From: an archaeon
Lineage (GTDB): Archaea; Thermoproteota; Nitrososphaeria; Conexivisphaerales; DTJL01
Assembly (NCBI GenBank): GCA_021811935.1
Contig: JAKAPW010000001.1
Location: 1 to 49,703 of the forward strand
Direction: 5' to 3'
DNA: 49,703 nucleotides
The translations under genes and the position numbers were made by a program. Positions 35,306 through 43,371 of the stretch are shown here, piece by piece (position 1 is the first letter of the stretch; each line of letters begins with the position of its first letter). The notes under the pieces were generated by a model that saw only the letters and a program-made list of their open reading frames with translations, had not been told where the DNA came from and did not search any database.

Positions 35306-36079
35306 GTGTGGGGGGTGATGAAGGTGGCCAACATAGCGCACGGAGACTTCGTCACCATCGGCGCGTATGCGAGCTACTGGCTCTTCGTCCTTTCCGGGGT
35401 CAACCCCATCCTTTCGCTCCTCTTCACCATACCTTTCGGCTTCGCCCTGGGGGCGGCGAGCTACCTGACGCTGGTGAGAAGGGTCGTCGATTCGCCGGAG
35501 CTGATGCCGCTCTTCATGACCTTCGGGCTCTCGACCTTGATCAGCAGCCTCCTGCTCTACCTCTACTCGCCGACGCAGAGAGGCGTCCCGATATCCTTCG
35601 CTCCCCTGGACGGCCTCGGAGTCATCCTTCCCGGCGGCGTGGCGATCGCGGCGACGTACGCCGTTGTCGCGGCCGTGGCGCTTCGCCTCTTCCTGCAGAA
35701 GACCTTCCTGGGGAAGGCCATCAGGGCGGTGATGGAGAACCGGGCGTCGGCCACGCTGATGGGTATAAACCCCGGCAGGGTCGGCTTGATTTCCTTCGGG
35801 ATCGGGATATCCATAGCGACCTCGGTGGGCTCGATGATAGTCCTCCTCCAGTCGTTCACGCCCTTGATGGGAGGCGATTTCACGCTCCTCTCATTCGTGA
35901 TAGTGGTGCTGGGCGGGCTGGGAAGCCCCATCGGGGCCCTCGTCGGGGGGGTGGTGCTGGGGGTCGTCGAAAACATAGCCTCCCTCTGGCTGAACGCCGC
36001 GGTCACCCCCGCGATAGGGTTCGTGGTCCTGGTGATAGTCCTGATAGTCAGACCGTACGGCCTGATGGGGTCGAAGTAG
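35306..36079 (+). CDS. livH: branched-chain amino-acid ABC permease (LivH-like); true 5' end probably near 35228
   Basis: NIAHGDF motif and BPD_transp_2 profile. The track start GTG 35306 would delete TM1, which is encoded in frame upstream without a canonical start. See findings. Confidence 0.85.
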   Translation: MWGVMKVANIAHGDFVTIGAYASYWLFVLSGVNPILSLLFTIPFGFALGAASYLTLVRRVVDSPELMPLFMTFGLSTLISSLLLYLYSPTQRGVPISFAPLDGLGVILPGGVAIAATYAVVAAVALRLFLQKTFLGKAIRAVMENRASATLMGINPGRVGLISFGIGISIATSVGSMIVLLQSFTPLMGGDFTLLSFVIVVLGGLGSPIGALVGGVVLGVVENIASLWLNAAVTPAIGFVVLVIVLIVRPYGLMGSK

Positions 36080-36083
36080 CCCG

Positions 36084-37046
36084 ATGCTGAACCGTGCGTG
36101 GCCTGGAGGACGCCTGTACAAGATAGGCGCTTCGGCCCTGGCTCTCGCGCTGCTGGCCACGGCGCCGCTGTATTTCTCGAGGCTCTCCCTCCTCTTCTTC
36201 ATATTGAACTGGATAGTACTGGCCGAAAGCTTCAACATCTTCACCGGCCTCACCGGCTACGTCAACTTCGGCCACGTGGTCTTCTATGGGATGGGCGGCT
36301 ACGTCGGGGCGTTGCTGATGGCCGGGGCGCTCGCGTCGCCATACGTAGGCGTCCTGGCGGCTGGGCTGGCGTCCGCCCTCCTCGCGTTGGGGCTGAGCCT
36401 GCCCACGCTGAGGCTCAGGGGGGCCTACTTCGCCATAGCTTCGCTCGGGGTGAACGAAGCCACCTTCGTCATATTCGACAACTGGCCGGCGGTCGGGTCG
36501 GCCACCGGGATAACCCTCCCCGTGGTCTACTATCAGCCGCTGGCGCAGTACTACACCATGCTGGCCGTGGCGGCGGGCTGCCTGGCGACCGCGTACGTCC
36601 TCATGCATTCAAGGATCGGGACGGCCATGCAGGCCATAAGGCAGCAGGAAGACACCGCCAGAAGCGTGGGGATAAACGCGACCTACTACAAGACCCTGGC
36701 CCTGATCTTCAGCGGGCTCTTCGCGGGGATGGCAGGGGCGCTGGCGATCTGGCAGGTGTCCATCATCGACCCGCCTTCGGCCTTCGACATAACCATCAGC
36801 CTGAACGCGATATCGATGACCATGCTCGGCGGGATAGGCACCCTGGCCGGGCCCGTGCTCGGGGCGGTCGTCCTGTACGAGGTGGGAGACTTCTTGGACC
36901 TGAACTACCCCTATGCGCACCTGGTGGTGCTCGGCGTCATAATCATAGGGGTCGTGCTGGCGATGCCTCGCGGAATGATGGGCTACGCGGACAGGGTCCG
37001 CTTGTTGCTGGGCGGCGGGGGGAGAAAGGATGGCGGCGGTGCTTGA
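36084..37046 (+). CDS. livM: branched-chain amino-acid ABC permease (LivM-like)
   Basis: LAESFNIFTGLTGYVNFGHVVFYGMGGY and a LivM-type TM profile. Confidence 0.88.
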   Translation: MLNRAWPGGRLYKIGASALALALLATAPLYFSRLSLLFFILNWIVLAESFNIFTGLTGYVNFGHVVFYGMGGYVGALLMAGALASPYVGVLAAGLASALLALGLSLPTLRLRGAYFAIASLGVNEATFVIFDNWPAVGSATGITLPVVYYQPLAQYYTMLAVAAGCLATAYVLMHSRIGTAMQAIRQQEDTARSVGINATYYKTLALIFSGLFAGMAGALAIWQVSIIDPPSAFDITISLNAISMTMLGGIGTLAGPVLGAVVLYEVGDFLDLNYPYAHLVVLGVIIIGVVLAMPRGMMGYADRVRLLLGGGGRKDGGGA

Positions 37047-37761
37047 GGTAAGAGACGTATCCAAGAAGTTCTCCGGCCTGGTGGCGGTCGATGGCGTTTC
37101 GCTCGAAGCATATGAAGGGGAGGCGGTGGGACTCATCGGCCCCAATGGGGCGGGGAAGACCACGCTGTTCAACATGATCTCCGGGTCGATCCACCCGACC
37201 TCCGGCAGGATATACTACAACGGCCGAGACATAACGTCGCTCTCCCCCGACAGAATATGCAGGTTGGGCATAGCCAGGACCTTCCAGATACCCCAGCCCT
37301 TCGGCGACATGACCGTGTTGAAGAACGTGGAGACCGCGCTGCTCTTCGGGGGCCGGGCGTCGAAGGGCGGCATCCTGCCCGCGAACGCGGCTGACATATG
37401 CGAGATGGCGGGCCTTGCGGACAAGAAGGGCATGCCCGCCAGGACCCTGGGCGTCTCCGACAAGAAGAAGCTGGAGATGGCGCGCGCCATCGCCACGGCA
37501 CCGAAGGTCATCCTGCTGGACGAAATAGCTTCCGGCCTCCCGGTCGGGGAGTACGGGTGGGCCACCGGGCTGGTGAGGAGGCTGGTCGGCGAATTCGGGC
37601 TGACCGTGATATGGATAGAGCACGTCATGCGCGTCATCATGCGCACCGTGGACCGCGTCTATGTGCTGGACCATGGGAGCAGGATAGCCCATGGCAAGCC
37701 CGAGGAGGTGGTCAACGACGAGCAGGTGAGGCAGGCCTATCTGGGGGCGAAGGTCGGATGA
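37030..37761 (+). CDS. livG: branched-chain amino-acid ABC ATP-binding protein (LivG-like)
   Basis: Walker A GPNGAGKTT, then ARTFQ, LLDE, and a C-terminal VNDEQVRQAYLG. Confidence 0.9.
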   Translation: MAAVLEVRDVSKKFSGLVAVDGVSLEAYEGEAVGLIGPNGAGKTTLFNMISGSIHPTSGRIYYNGRDITSLSPDRICRLGIARTFQIPQPFGDMTVLKNVETALLFGGRASKGGILPANAADICEMAGLADKKGMPARTLGVSDKKKLEMARAIATAPKVILLDEIASGLPVGEYGWATGLVRRLVGEFGLTVIWIEHVMRVIMRTVDRVYVLDHGSRIAHGKPEEVVNDEQVRQAYLGAKVG

Positions 37762-38474
37762 GCGCCCCTCTGCTGGAGGTCTCCAACCTCCAGGCGGCAT
37801 ATGGGGAGGCCACGGCGATCTGGGACGTCTCCTTCAGGGTCGACAGGTCGGAACTGGTCGCCATCCTGGGGGCGAACGGGGCTGGGAAGACCACGACCCT
37901 CCGCACGGTGCAGGGCGTCCTCCCACAGAGGGCGGGGAAGGTCGTCTTCGACTCGCTGGACATCGCGGGCCTCCCCGCGAACAGAGTGGTGGAGGCTGGG
38001 ATTACGCTGGTCCCGGAGGGACGCGGCCTCTTCTCCAGGATGTCGATAGAGGAGAACCTGGAGCTGGGTGCGTTCACCAAGCGGGCGCGGCGCAACCTCG
38101 GGAAGAACAGGGAGTTCGTCTTCCAGCTCTTCCCGGTCTTGAAGGAGCGCAGGAAGCAGAAGGCGGGCGTGCTCAGCGGGGGGGAACAGCAGATGCTCGC
38201 GGTGGGGAGGGGGCTGATGTCCGAGCCGCGCCTGCTCATGCTGGACGAGCCTTCCCTGGGGCTGGCCCCGATGATGGTCGTGAAGGTCTTTCAAACCCTG
38301 GGCGAGCTGAAGAAGGAGGGGCTCACCATACTGCTGGTGGAGCAGAACGTCGAAGCCTCGCTGGAGATAGCGGACAGGGCGTACCTGCTCGAAAACGGCA
38401 GGACGATACTGGAAGGGACGGCAGACGAATTCCGGGGGAACCCGACCATCAAGGAATCATATCTTGGACTCTGA
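37758..38474 (+). CDS. livF: branched-chain amino-acid ABC ATP-binding protein (LivF-like)
   Basis: MSAPLLEVSNLQAAYG, GANGAGKTT, LSGGEQQMLAVGRGL, LMLDEPS, IKESYLG. ATGA overlap with livG. Confidence 0.9.
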   Translation: MSAPLLEVSNLQAAYGEATAIWDVSFRVDRSELVAILGANGAGKTTTLRTVQGVLPQRAGKVVFDSLDIAGLPANRVVEAGITLVPEGRGLFSRMSIEENLELGAFTKRARRNLGKNREFVFQLFPVLKERRKQKAGVLSGGEQQMLAVGRGLMSEPRLLMLDEPSLGLAPMMVVKVFQTLGELKKEGLTILLVEQNVEASLEIADRAYLLENGRTILEGTADEFRGNPTIKESYLGL

Positions 38475-38511
38475 CAATCCAGGAGTGTCGCACGACAGGG
38501 GGAGGTAGGCA

Positions 38512-39696
38512 TTGCGCATATCCAACACCTTCCGAATGTGGGCGTTCTTCCTCTACAATTCCGGATTGGGCATATTCCTTACCTACGGCCTCTTCTTCCA
38601 GCGCGTATCCAACGATTTCGGGCAGCCGGCCCTGTCGACCGTCCTGGTCTTCTCCACCTTCGCGGCCGTATACAGCATCTCCGCGGTGGCGATGGGCTTC
38701 TTCATGGACAAGTACGGGGCCCGCAGGACAATCCTCCTTGGAGGGACGCTGATGGCGGTAGGTCTGGTGCTGTCCAGCCAGGTCGGCTCGATTCAGCAGC
38801 TGATGGTCACCTACGGCGTCCTGGCCGGGGCGGGTTCGGGCTCGATGTGGTTGCCCACGTCCTACATCGTCCTCGGGTCCTTCGGCCCGGGGGAAGTGAA
38901 GCGGGCCACCGGGATGGTGAGCGCCGGCACGGCCTTCGGCACGCTGATCTTCTCTCCACTCGAAGGGGTGGTGATATCTCTGGCAGGGTGGAGGGACGCG
39001 TTCGTGGTGGTGGGGGTCGTCTCCTTCGCGCTGGCCATCCTGGCGTGGGTGGCGGCATCGGGGGTGGACCGTGCGGGCGGGTTCAGCCTGAGGGGGACGG
39101 CCAGGAAGGTGTACAGCAGGAGGTTCTCCACGATGTATGTCTACTACATGTTCGGCAACGCCTTTTCCAGGTCGCTCGCGATGGTGTTCGTGGCGCCTCT
39201 GCTCGAGGGGCGCGGGCTCGGCATCGCAGGGGGCTCCATGGCGCTGGCGCTCATAGGGCTGGGGAGCGTCTTCGGCAGACTCACCACGCGCGAAAAGAGG
39301 CTGGGCGAAGAAGCCATGGCCGCCCTGGGCTTCGTCCTCCAGGGAGGGTGCATCCTGGGCCTGCTCTACTCCTACACCATCTTCGAGGTCGCCTTCTTCT
39401 CGCTGCTGTTCGGCTTGGGGTACGGTGTATACATACCCCAGTTCGTCCTGATGATTCGCAAGTACTGGGGGGTGGAAAACTACGGGGCCGTCTTCGGCGT
39501 CCTGCTTACGAGCTTCGGCGTCGGCGGGGCCGCGGGCCCCATCTTCGAAGGCTTCGAAGTGTCGCTGCTGGGGTCGTACACCGTGGGGTTCCTGCTGGCG
39601 GGGGCCATGAGCACGGTGGTCGGGCTCCACTTCCTGCTGGCTGGCCGTCTACCGCATAAATACCCCCGTCACGGGACTGTCGAAGAAGGGTCGTGA
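38512..39696 (+). CDS. MFS transporter
   Basis: 12-TM profile with MDKYGARR. TTG start. Confidence 0.85.
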   Translation: MRISNTFRMWAFFLYNSGLGIFLTYGLFFQRVSNDFGQPALSTVLVFSTFAAVYSISAVAMGFFMDKYGARRTILLGGTLMAVGLVLSSQVGSIQQLMVTYGVLAGAGSGSMWLPTSYIVLGSFGPGEVKRATGMVSAGTAFGTLIFSPLEGVVISLAGWRDAFVVVGVVSFALAILAWVAASGVDRAGGFSLRGTARKVYSRRFSTMYVYYMFGNAFSRSLAMVFVAPLLEGRGLGIAGGSMALALIGLGSVFGRLTTREKRLGEEAMAALGFVLQGGCILGLLYSYTIFEVAFFSLLFGLGYGVYIPQFVLMIRKYWGVENYGAVFGVLLTSFGVGGAAGPIFEGFEVSLLGSYTVGFLLAGAMSTVVGLHFLLAGRLPHKYPRHGTVEEGS

Positions 39697-40598
39697 GGAA
39701 GGTCTTCCTGGACATGGACCCGGGCGTGGACGACGCCCTGGCCATAATGATGGGGTCGGTCCTTGACGACCTGGAAGTGGTCGGGATAAGCACCGTGGCC
39801 GGCAACGTAGATGTCCGGAAGACCACGGCCAACGCGCTGAAGCTGACGGAGACCCTAGGGCTGAAGACCAAGGTCTACAGGGGGGCGAGCAGGCCCCTCC
39901 TGCGCCCCTATGTGGGCTCCGAACACGTCCATGGCCGCGATGGCCTCGGCGAGGTCGGCCTGCCCCCTCCGACGTCGAAGGAAGATGGGACGTGCGCGCC
40001 GGAGGCGATAATACAGGCGGCCAGGGCGGAAGGGAAGAAGCTGCACCTGGTGGCGACGGGCCCCTTGACCAACATCGCCATGGCGCTGATGCTGGAGCCG
40101 GACCTCCCCTCTCTCGTCGGCGAATTCGTCATAATGGGCGGCGCCTTCGGCCTGACGGCGTGCGGCGGAGGCAACGTGACGAAGTTCTCGGAATACAACA
40201 TCTGGGCCGACCCGGAAGCGGCCAGGGCGGTCTTCGAATCGTTCGACGGGATGGTGGCGGTCGGACTCGACGTGACCATGGACCCGGCCGTCCTCCTCTC
40301 TTCGGCGGACATGGATTCTCTGCCCCGAACGGGCAGGGGGGCGCTGGCCAGGCAGATGGCCGGCTTCGTCATACGGAGGTTCGGCTTCTTCGCGCCGCAC
40401 GACCCGCTGGCGCTTTATCATGTAAGCGACCCTTCCGTGCTCAAGCTGTCCAGGATGAAGGCGCGGGTGCTGCTGGACGAAGGCGAACAGCGGGGGAGGA
40501 CCCTCGCGGAACCGCCGGGGGACAAGGGGTGGGCGATGGTGGCGTCCGGCGTCGACGGAAGGCGGTTCAAGGAAGCGTTTCTCGGGTCGCTCGGCTAG
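39693..40598 (+). CDS. nucleoside hydrolase (inosine/uridine-preferring family)
   Basis: N-terminal DMDPGVDDALAIMM (DxDxxxDD) and an IUNH fold pattern. GTGA overlap with the MFS stop. Confidence 0.88.
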   Translation: MRKVFLDMDPGVDDALAIMMGSVLDDLEVVGISTVAGNVDVRKTTANALKLTETLGLKTKVYRGASRPLLRPYVGSEHVHGRDGLGEVGLPPPTSKEDGTCAPEAIIQAARAEGKKLHLVATGPLTNIAMALMLEPDLPSLVGEFVIMGGAFGLTACGGGNVTKFSEYNIWADPEAARAVFESFDGMVAVGLDVTMDPAVLLSSADMDSLPRTGRGALARQMAGFVIRRFGFFAPHDPLALYHVSDPSVLKLSRMKARVLLDEGEQRGRTLAEPPGDKGWAMVASGVDGRRFKEAFLGSLG

Positions 40599-40742
40599 TC
40601 GCGCGTGCCCACCCCGCTCCTTTCCATAAGGTCGTAGAATCTCGCTTCCGCGGCCCCGATGACCTTCTCCTCGTCCAGAGACAACAGCCTTCTGTCGCGC
40701 GATACAGAAGGTACAGTGATTTGGTAACTCCACCAATACTTC

Positions 40743-40988
40743 ATGCTCATCCCTGCCTTCACCGTGACTCTCGTCGAGGCGGGCGCCGGTCACGTCACAA
40801 AGAGGCTCGACCTGAAAGCCGTCGGGCAGAGGGTGTCCGAAATGTCCAAGGCGGCGGAGCTGGAGGTCCAGCCAGACGCGCCGGTCGAGGAGCTCAACGT
40901 CGGCGTGCAGCAGAGGGTCGAGACATTGAAACTGCTCTACAGGGGGCAGCGTCATACTGCTGGACTCCCCACGCCCCCAGACCGATAA
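40743..40988 (+). CDS. possible small protein (up to 81 aa); unresolved
   Basis: Codon-position GC pattern is canonical (third-position GC high, second-position low). No TATA box or good SD was found for ATG 40743. Competing minus-strand reading frames exist. See findings. Confidence 0.3.
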   Translation: MLIPAFTVTLVEAGAGHVTKRLDLKAVGQRVSEMSKAAELEVQPDAPVEELNVGVQQRVETLKLLYRGQRHTAGLPTPPDR

Positions 40989-41002
40989 ATGATTTATGTT
41001 AT

Positions 41003-41010
41003 GATTTATA
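41003..41010 (+). promoter_or_regulatory. TATA box (GATTTATA) for thiW
   Basis: 26 nt upstream of in-frame TTG 41037. Part of a 9-nt direct repeat, ATGATTTAT twice. Confidence 0.4.
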
Positions 41011-41036
41011 ACAAGGAAGCCGTCTACGCCGCAACG

Positions 41037-41537
41037 TTGAAGAGCGTTTCGGCAGCGACGTCGGGCCTCCTCATAGCCCTCGGCGTGACTCTTTCCTACT
41101 TTCCCGGACCCATCCCCGTGGGGCCCGCCTACCTCTTCCCCTACCAGAGCATGATCAACGTGCTGGCCGGAGTGCTGCTCGGACCATACTACGCTGCCTT
41201 CGTGGCGTTCTCCGTCGGCGCGATCCGGATAGGCATGGGCACCGGCACCTTCTTCTCCCTCCCCGGGGGGATACCGGGGGCCCTCTTCGTGGGCTTCTCC
41301 TACAGGCTGACTCACAGGTACCTCTCGGCCTTCGCCGAGATACCGGGCACCGCGCTGGTGGGATCGTTCCTCAGCGCATACGTGGTGACGCCGCTGCAGG
41401 GACACGGGGGCTCGTGGTCGACTTTCATCTACCTCTTCACGCCGGCCGCCGTTGCGGGGAGCGTCATCGGATACCTGATAGTCGTGGCGTTGGACAGGAG
41501 GCATGTGCTTGAAAGGATTGGTCTTCGGGCGTCTTGA
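41037..41537 (+). CDS. thiW: ThiW-type ECF S-component (thiazole-precursor transporter)
   Basis: LIALGVTLSYF...PYQSMINVLAGVLLGPYYA...FSLPGGIPGALFVGFSYR matches my memory of ThiW family conservation. The track ORF starts at ATG 40989; I prefer TTG 41037 on promoter spacing. Confidence 0.75.
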   Translation: MKSVSAATSGLLIALGVTLSYFPGPIPVGPAYLFPYQSMINVLAGVLLGPYYAAFVAFSVGAIRIGMGTGTFFSLPGGIPGALFVGFSYRLTHRYLSAFAEIPGTALVGSFLSAYVVTPLQGHGGSWSTFIYLFTPAAVAGSVIGYLIVVALDRRHVLERIGLRAS

Positions 41538-42078
41538 AGGGAAGAGGACGCTGATGGTCGGGGACGTGGGCTCGGGCAAGACGCGGGCGATGGCCTCGCT
41601 GCTCAGGAGCGCCGTCGCCAGCCGTCCGCCGGCCGAGGTCACCGTCTTCGACTTCGCCCCGGACGAGACCGTGCTTTGCGGGAAGATCGTGGGAGGGAAG
41701 GTCTCGGGTGGGACTGCCATGGCGGCGGGGCTGAACTATCTGTCGCCCCGACTGGAACCTCCGAGGCTGAGCGGCAGGGATGCGGAGGAGGTGCTGTCCA
41801 TCGCGAGGAGGAACGCGTCGCTCACTGCGGGTTGCATCGAGGAGTATCTGTCCAGGCCGACCCCTGTGCTCTTCGCCAACGACCTGACGATGCACCTGCA
41901 TGCCGGGGACCTCCGGGTGCTGGTGAGTGCCGTCGAACGGAGCAAGACGTTCATCGGCAACGCCTATGCGGGAGAGTCCCTGAAAGAAGACCGTGGCTCG
42001 GGAATATCGACCAGAGAAAGGGACCTTCTGGGCGAGCTCAAGAGGTGGATGGACGACGTGATAGTGCTGGGTGAATGA
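41503..42078 (+). CDS. uncharacterised P-loop NTPase (kinase-sized, 189-191 aa)
   Basis: Walker A GDVGSGKT after a beta-strand (RTLMVG). Hydrophobic strands ending in Asp (VTVFDFAPD, VLFANDL). No ABC signature. AGGAGG sits 7 nt before alternative start TTG 41509. Overlaps the thiW 3' end. Confidence 0.75.
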   Translation: MCLKGLVFGRLEGKRTLMVGDVGSGKTRAMASLLRSAVASRPPAEVTVFDFAPDETVLCGKIVGGKVSGGTAMAAGLNYLSPRLEPPRLSGRDAEEVLSIARRNASLTAGCIEEYLSRPTPVLFANDLTMHLHAGDLRVLVSAVERSKTFIGNAYAGESLKEDRGSGISTRERDLLGELKRWMDDVIVLGE

Positions 42079-42081
42079 CAG

Positions 42082-43371
42082 ATGGGACAGGACTACGCCT
42101 CCAGGCTCGACTCGGCACGGTGGTCCGGTGTGCACTGGCCGATCTTCCTTTCCTCGTCCTTGGGCTTCTTCGTCTGGGGCTTCGTGTACGCGCTCTCCTC
42201 CCTGGTGGCGTCCTGGTCGACCATACCGGCAGGCGGCGCGGAACTCGTGCTCATGCTGTCCTACCTGGCCCTGCCCGTCGGGAACCTCGCGCTCGGTTGG
42301 CTGGCGGACAGGGTGGGCAGGAAGAACACCTTCGTGGTCACGCTGTCCCTCTACGCCGTGGGGCTGGCCGGCGTCGTGCTGTCGCCCGGCTTCGTCCCCC
42401 TGCTCGTCTCCCTTGCGCTGGCACAGGCAGGCGCCGGCGGCGAGGAGCCGGCGTCACTATCTTCCCTCGCCGAATATTCGCCGGTGCGGCACAGGGGGAA
42501 GGCGTTGATATTGTCTTCCAACTTCGTCAACCTGGGAGCCCTGGCGGCGGCCGTGCTGGGGGCCTACGGCTCCGGCTCGATAGCGGAGCAAAAACTGATG
42601 TTCGGCGTCGGCGCGGCCGTCCTCCTGCTCACCGTGGCGGTGGCCAGGAAGAAGATGCGGGAATCGGTCAGGTGGCTCGCACAGAGAGGGAGGACCGTGG
42701 AGGCCGACTCCATAGCGCGTTCGCTGGACGGGCAGAAGGACGCGGCGGAGGCCGTATCGGGCCCCCCGAAGCGATATTCCAGGCCGTTCTCGTTCATCAT
42801 CCTGGCGCTGCTGGGCGCGTCGCAGCTCATGACCTATGGGTTGCTCTCTTTCGTCGTGGGGCCGTACTACTACCCGTCGCTCACCCCCCAGATAATAATA
42901 GTCGCGAACGGCGGCGCTTTCGTCGCAGGGCTGGCTGCGGCGTTGTTGGTCGACCGGGTGAGGAGGAAGTCGTTCACTGTGCTGTCCTACGTCGGAGGGC
43001 TGGCCACCGTCGCCCTGCTGCTTCCGACGGCGGGCTACGTGGGGGGGATCATGCCACTATTCTTCGTCTTCCTCTTCGCCAACATGGTCTTCAGCGAGTA
43101 TGCGTGGGCCAGCAGGGTGACCCTCGAGCCGGAGCTGGCAGGTAAGACCGGCGGGAGGGCCACGTTCGTCGGGACGGTGAGGCTGGCGGCCTGGATTCCG
43201 TTCGTCGTATCCATATCGGCCACCGCCGCCTTCACCCTGCCCCAGTTCCTGACGCTGAACATCGTCCTCTGGGGGGTAGGCGCGGTGGCGGCTGCCGCCT
43301 GGTATCTTGGCGGCGTTGAGACGTCTCGGAGGAGTCTTGAGGAGATAGAGGCGGGGAGCGATAAGAAATGA
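42082..43371 (+). CDS. MFS transporter
   Basis: 12-TM profile with ADRVGRKN and VDRVRRK. ATG lies 4 nt after the P-loop gene stop. Confidence 0.85.
   Translation: MGQDYASRLDSARWSGVHWPIFLSSSLGFFVWGFVYALSSLVASWSTIPAGGAELVLMLSYLALPVGNLALGWLADRVGRKNTFVVTLSLYAVGLAGVVLSPGFVPLLVSLALAQAGAGGEEPASLSSLAEYSPVRHRGKALILSSNFVNLGALAAAVLGAYGSGSIAEQKLMFGVGAAVLLLTVAVARKKMRESVRWLAQRGRTVEADSIARSLDGQKDAAEAVSGPPKRYSRPFSFIILALLGASQLMTYGLLSFVVGPYYYPSLTPQIIIVANGGAFVAGLAAALLVDRVRRKSFTVLSYVGGLATVALLLPTAGYVGGIMPLFFVFLFANMVFSEYAWASRVTLEPELAGKTGGRATFVGTVRLAAWIPFVVSISATAAFTLPQFLTLNIVLWGVGAVAAAAWYLGGVETSRRSLEEIEAGSDKK

Noticed and set aside
40780-40990. A TPP (THI-box) riboswitch upstream of thiW.
   Set aside because: GACCUGAAAGCCGUCGGGCAGAGGG loosely resembles the ACCUGAUC...GCG.AGGGA core. 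The obligatory CUGAGA element and the P2/P3 context are absent. Not supported without an Infernal score.
39855-41720. A 621-aa minus-strand ORF spanning the nucleoside hydrolase, the spacer and thiW.
   Set aside because: It is antisense to two genes with strong family motifs. Only its segment from ATG 40955 is discussed, as an unresolved possibility.
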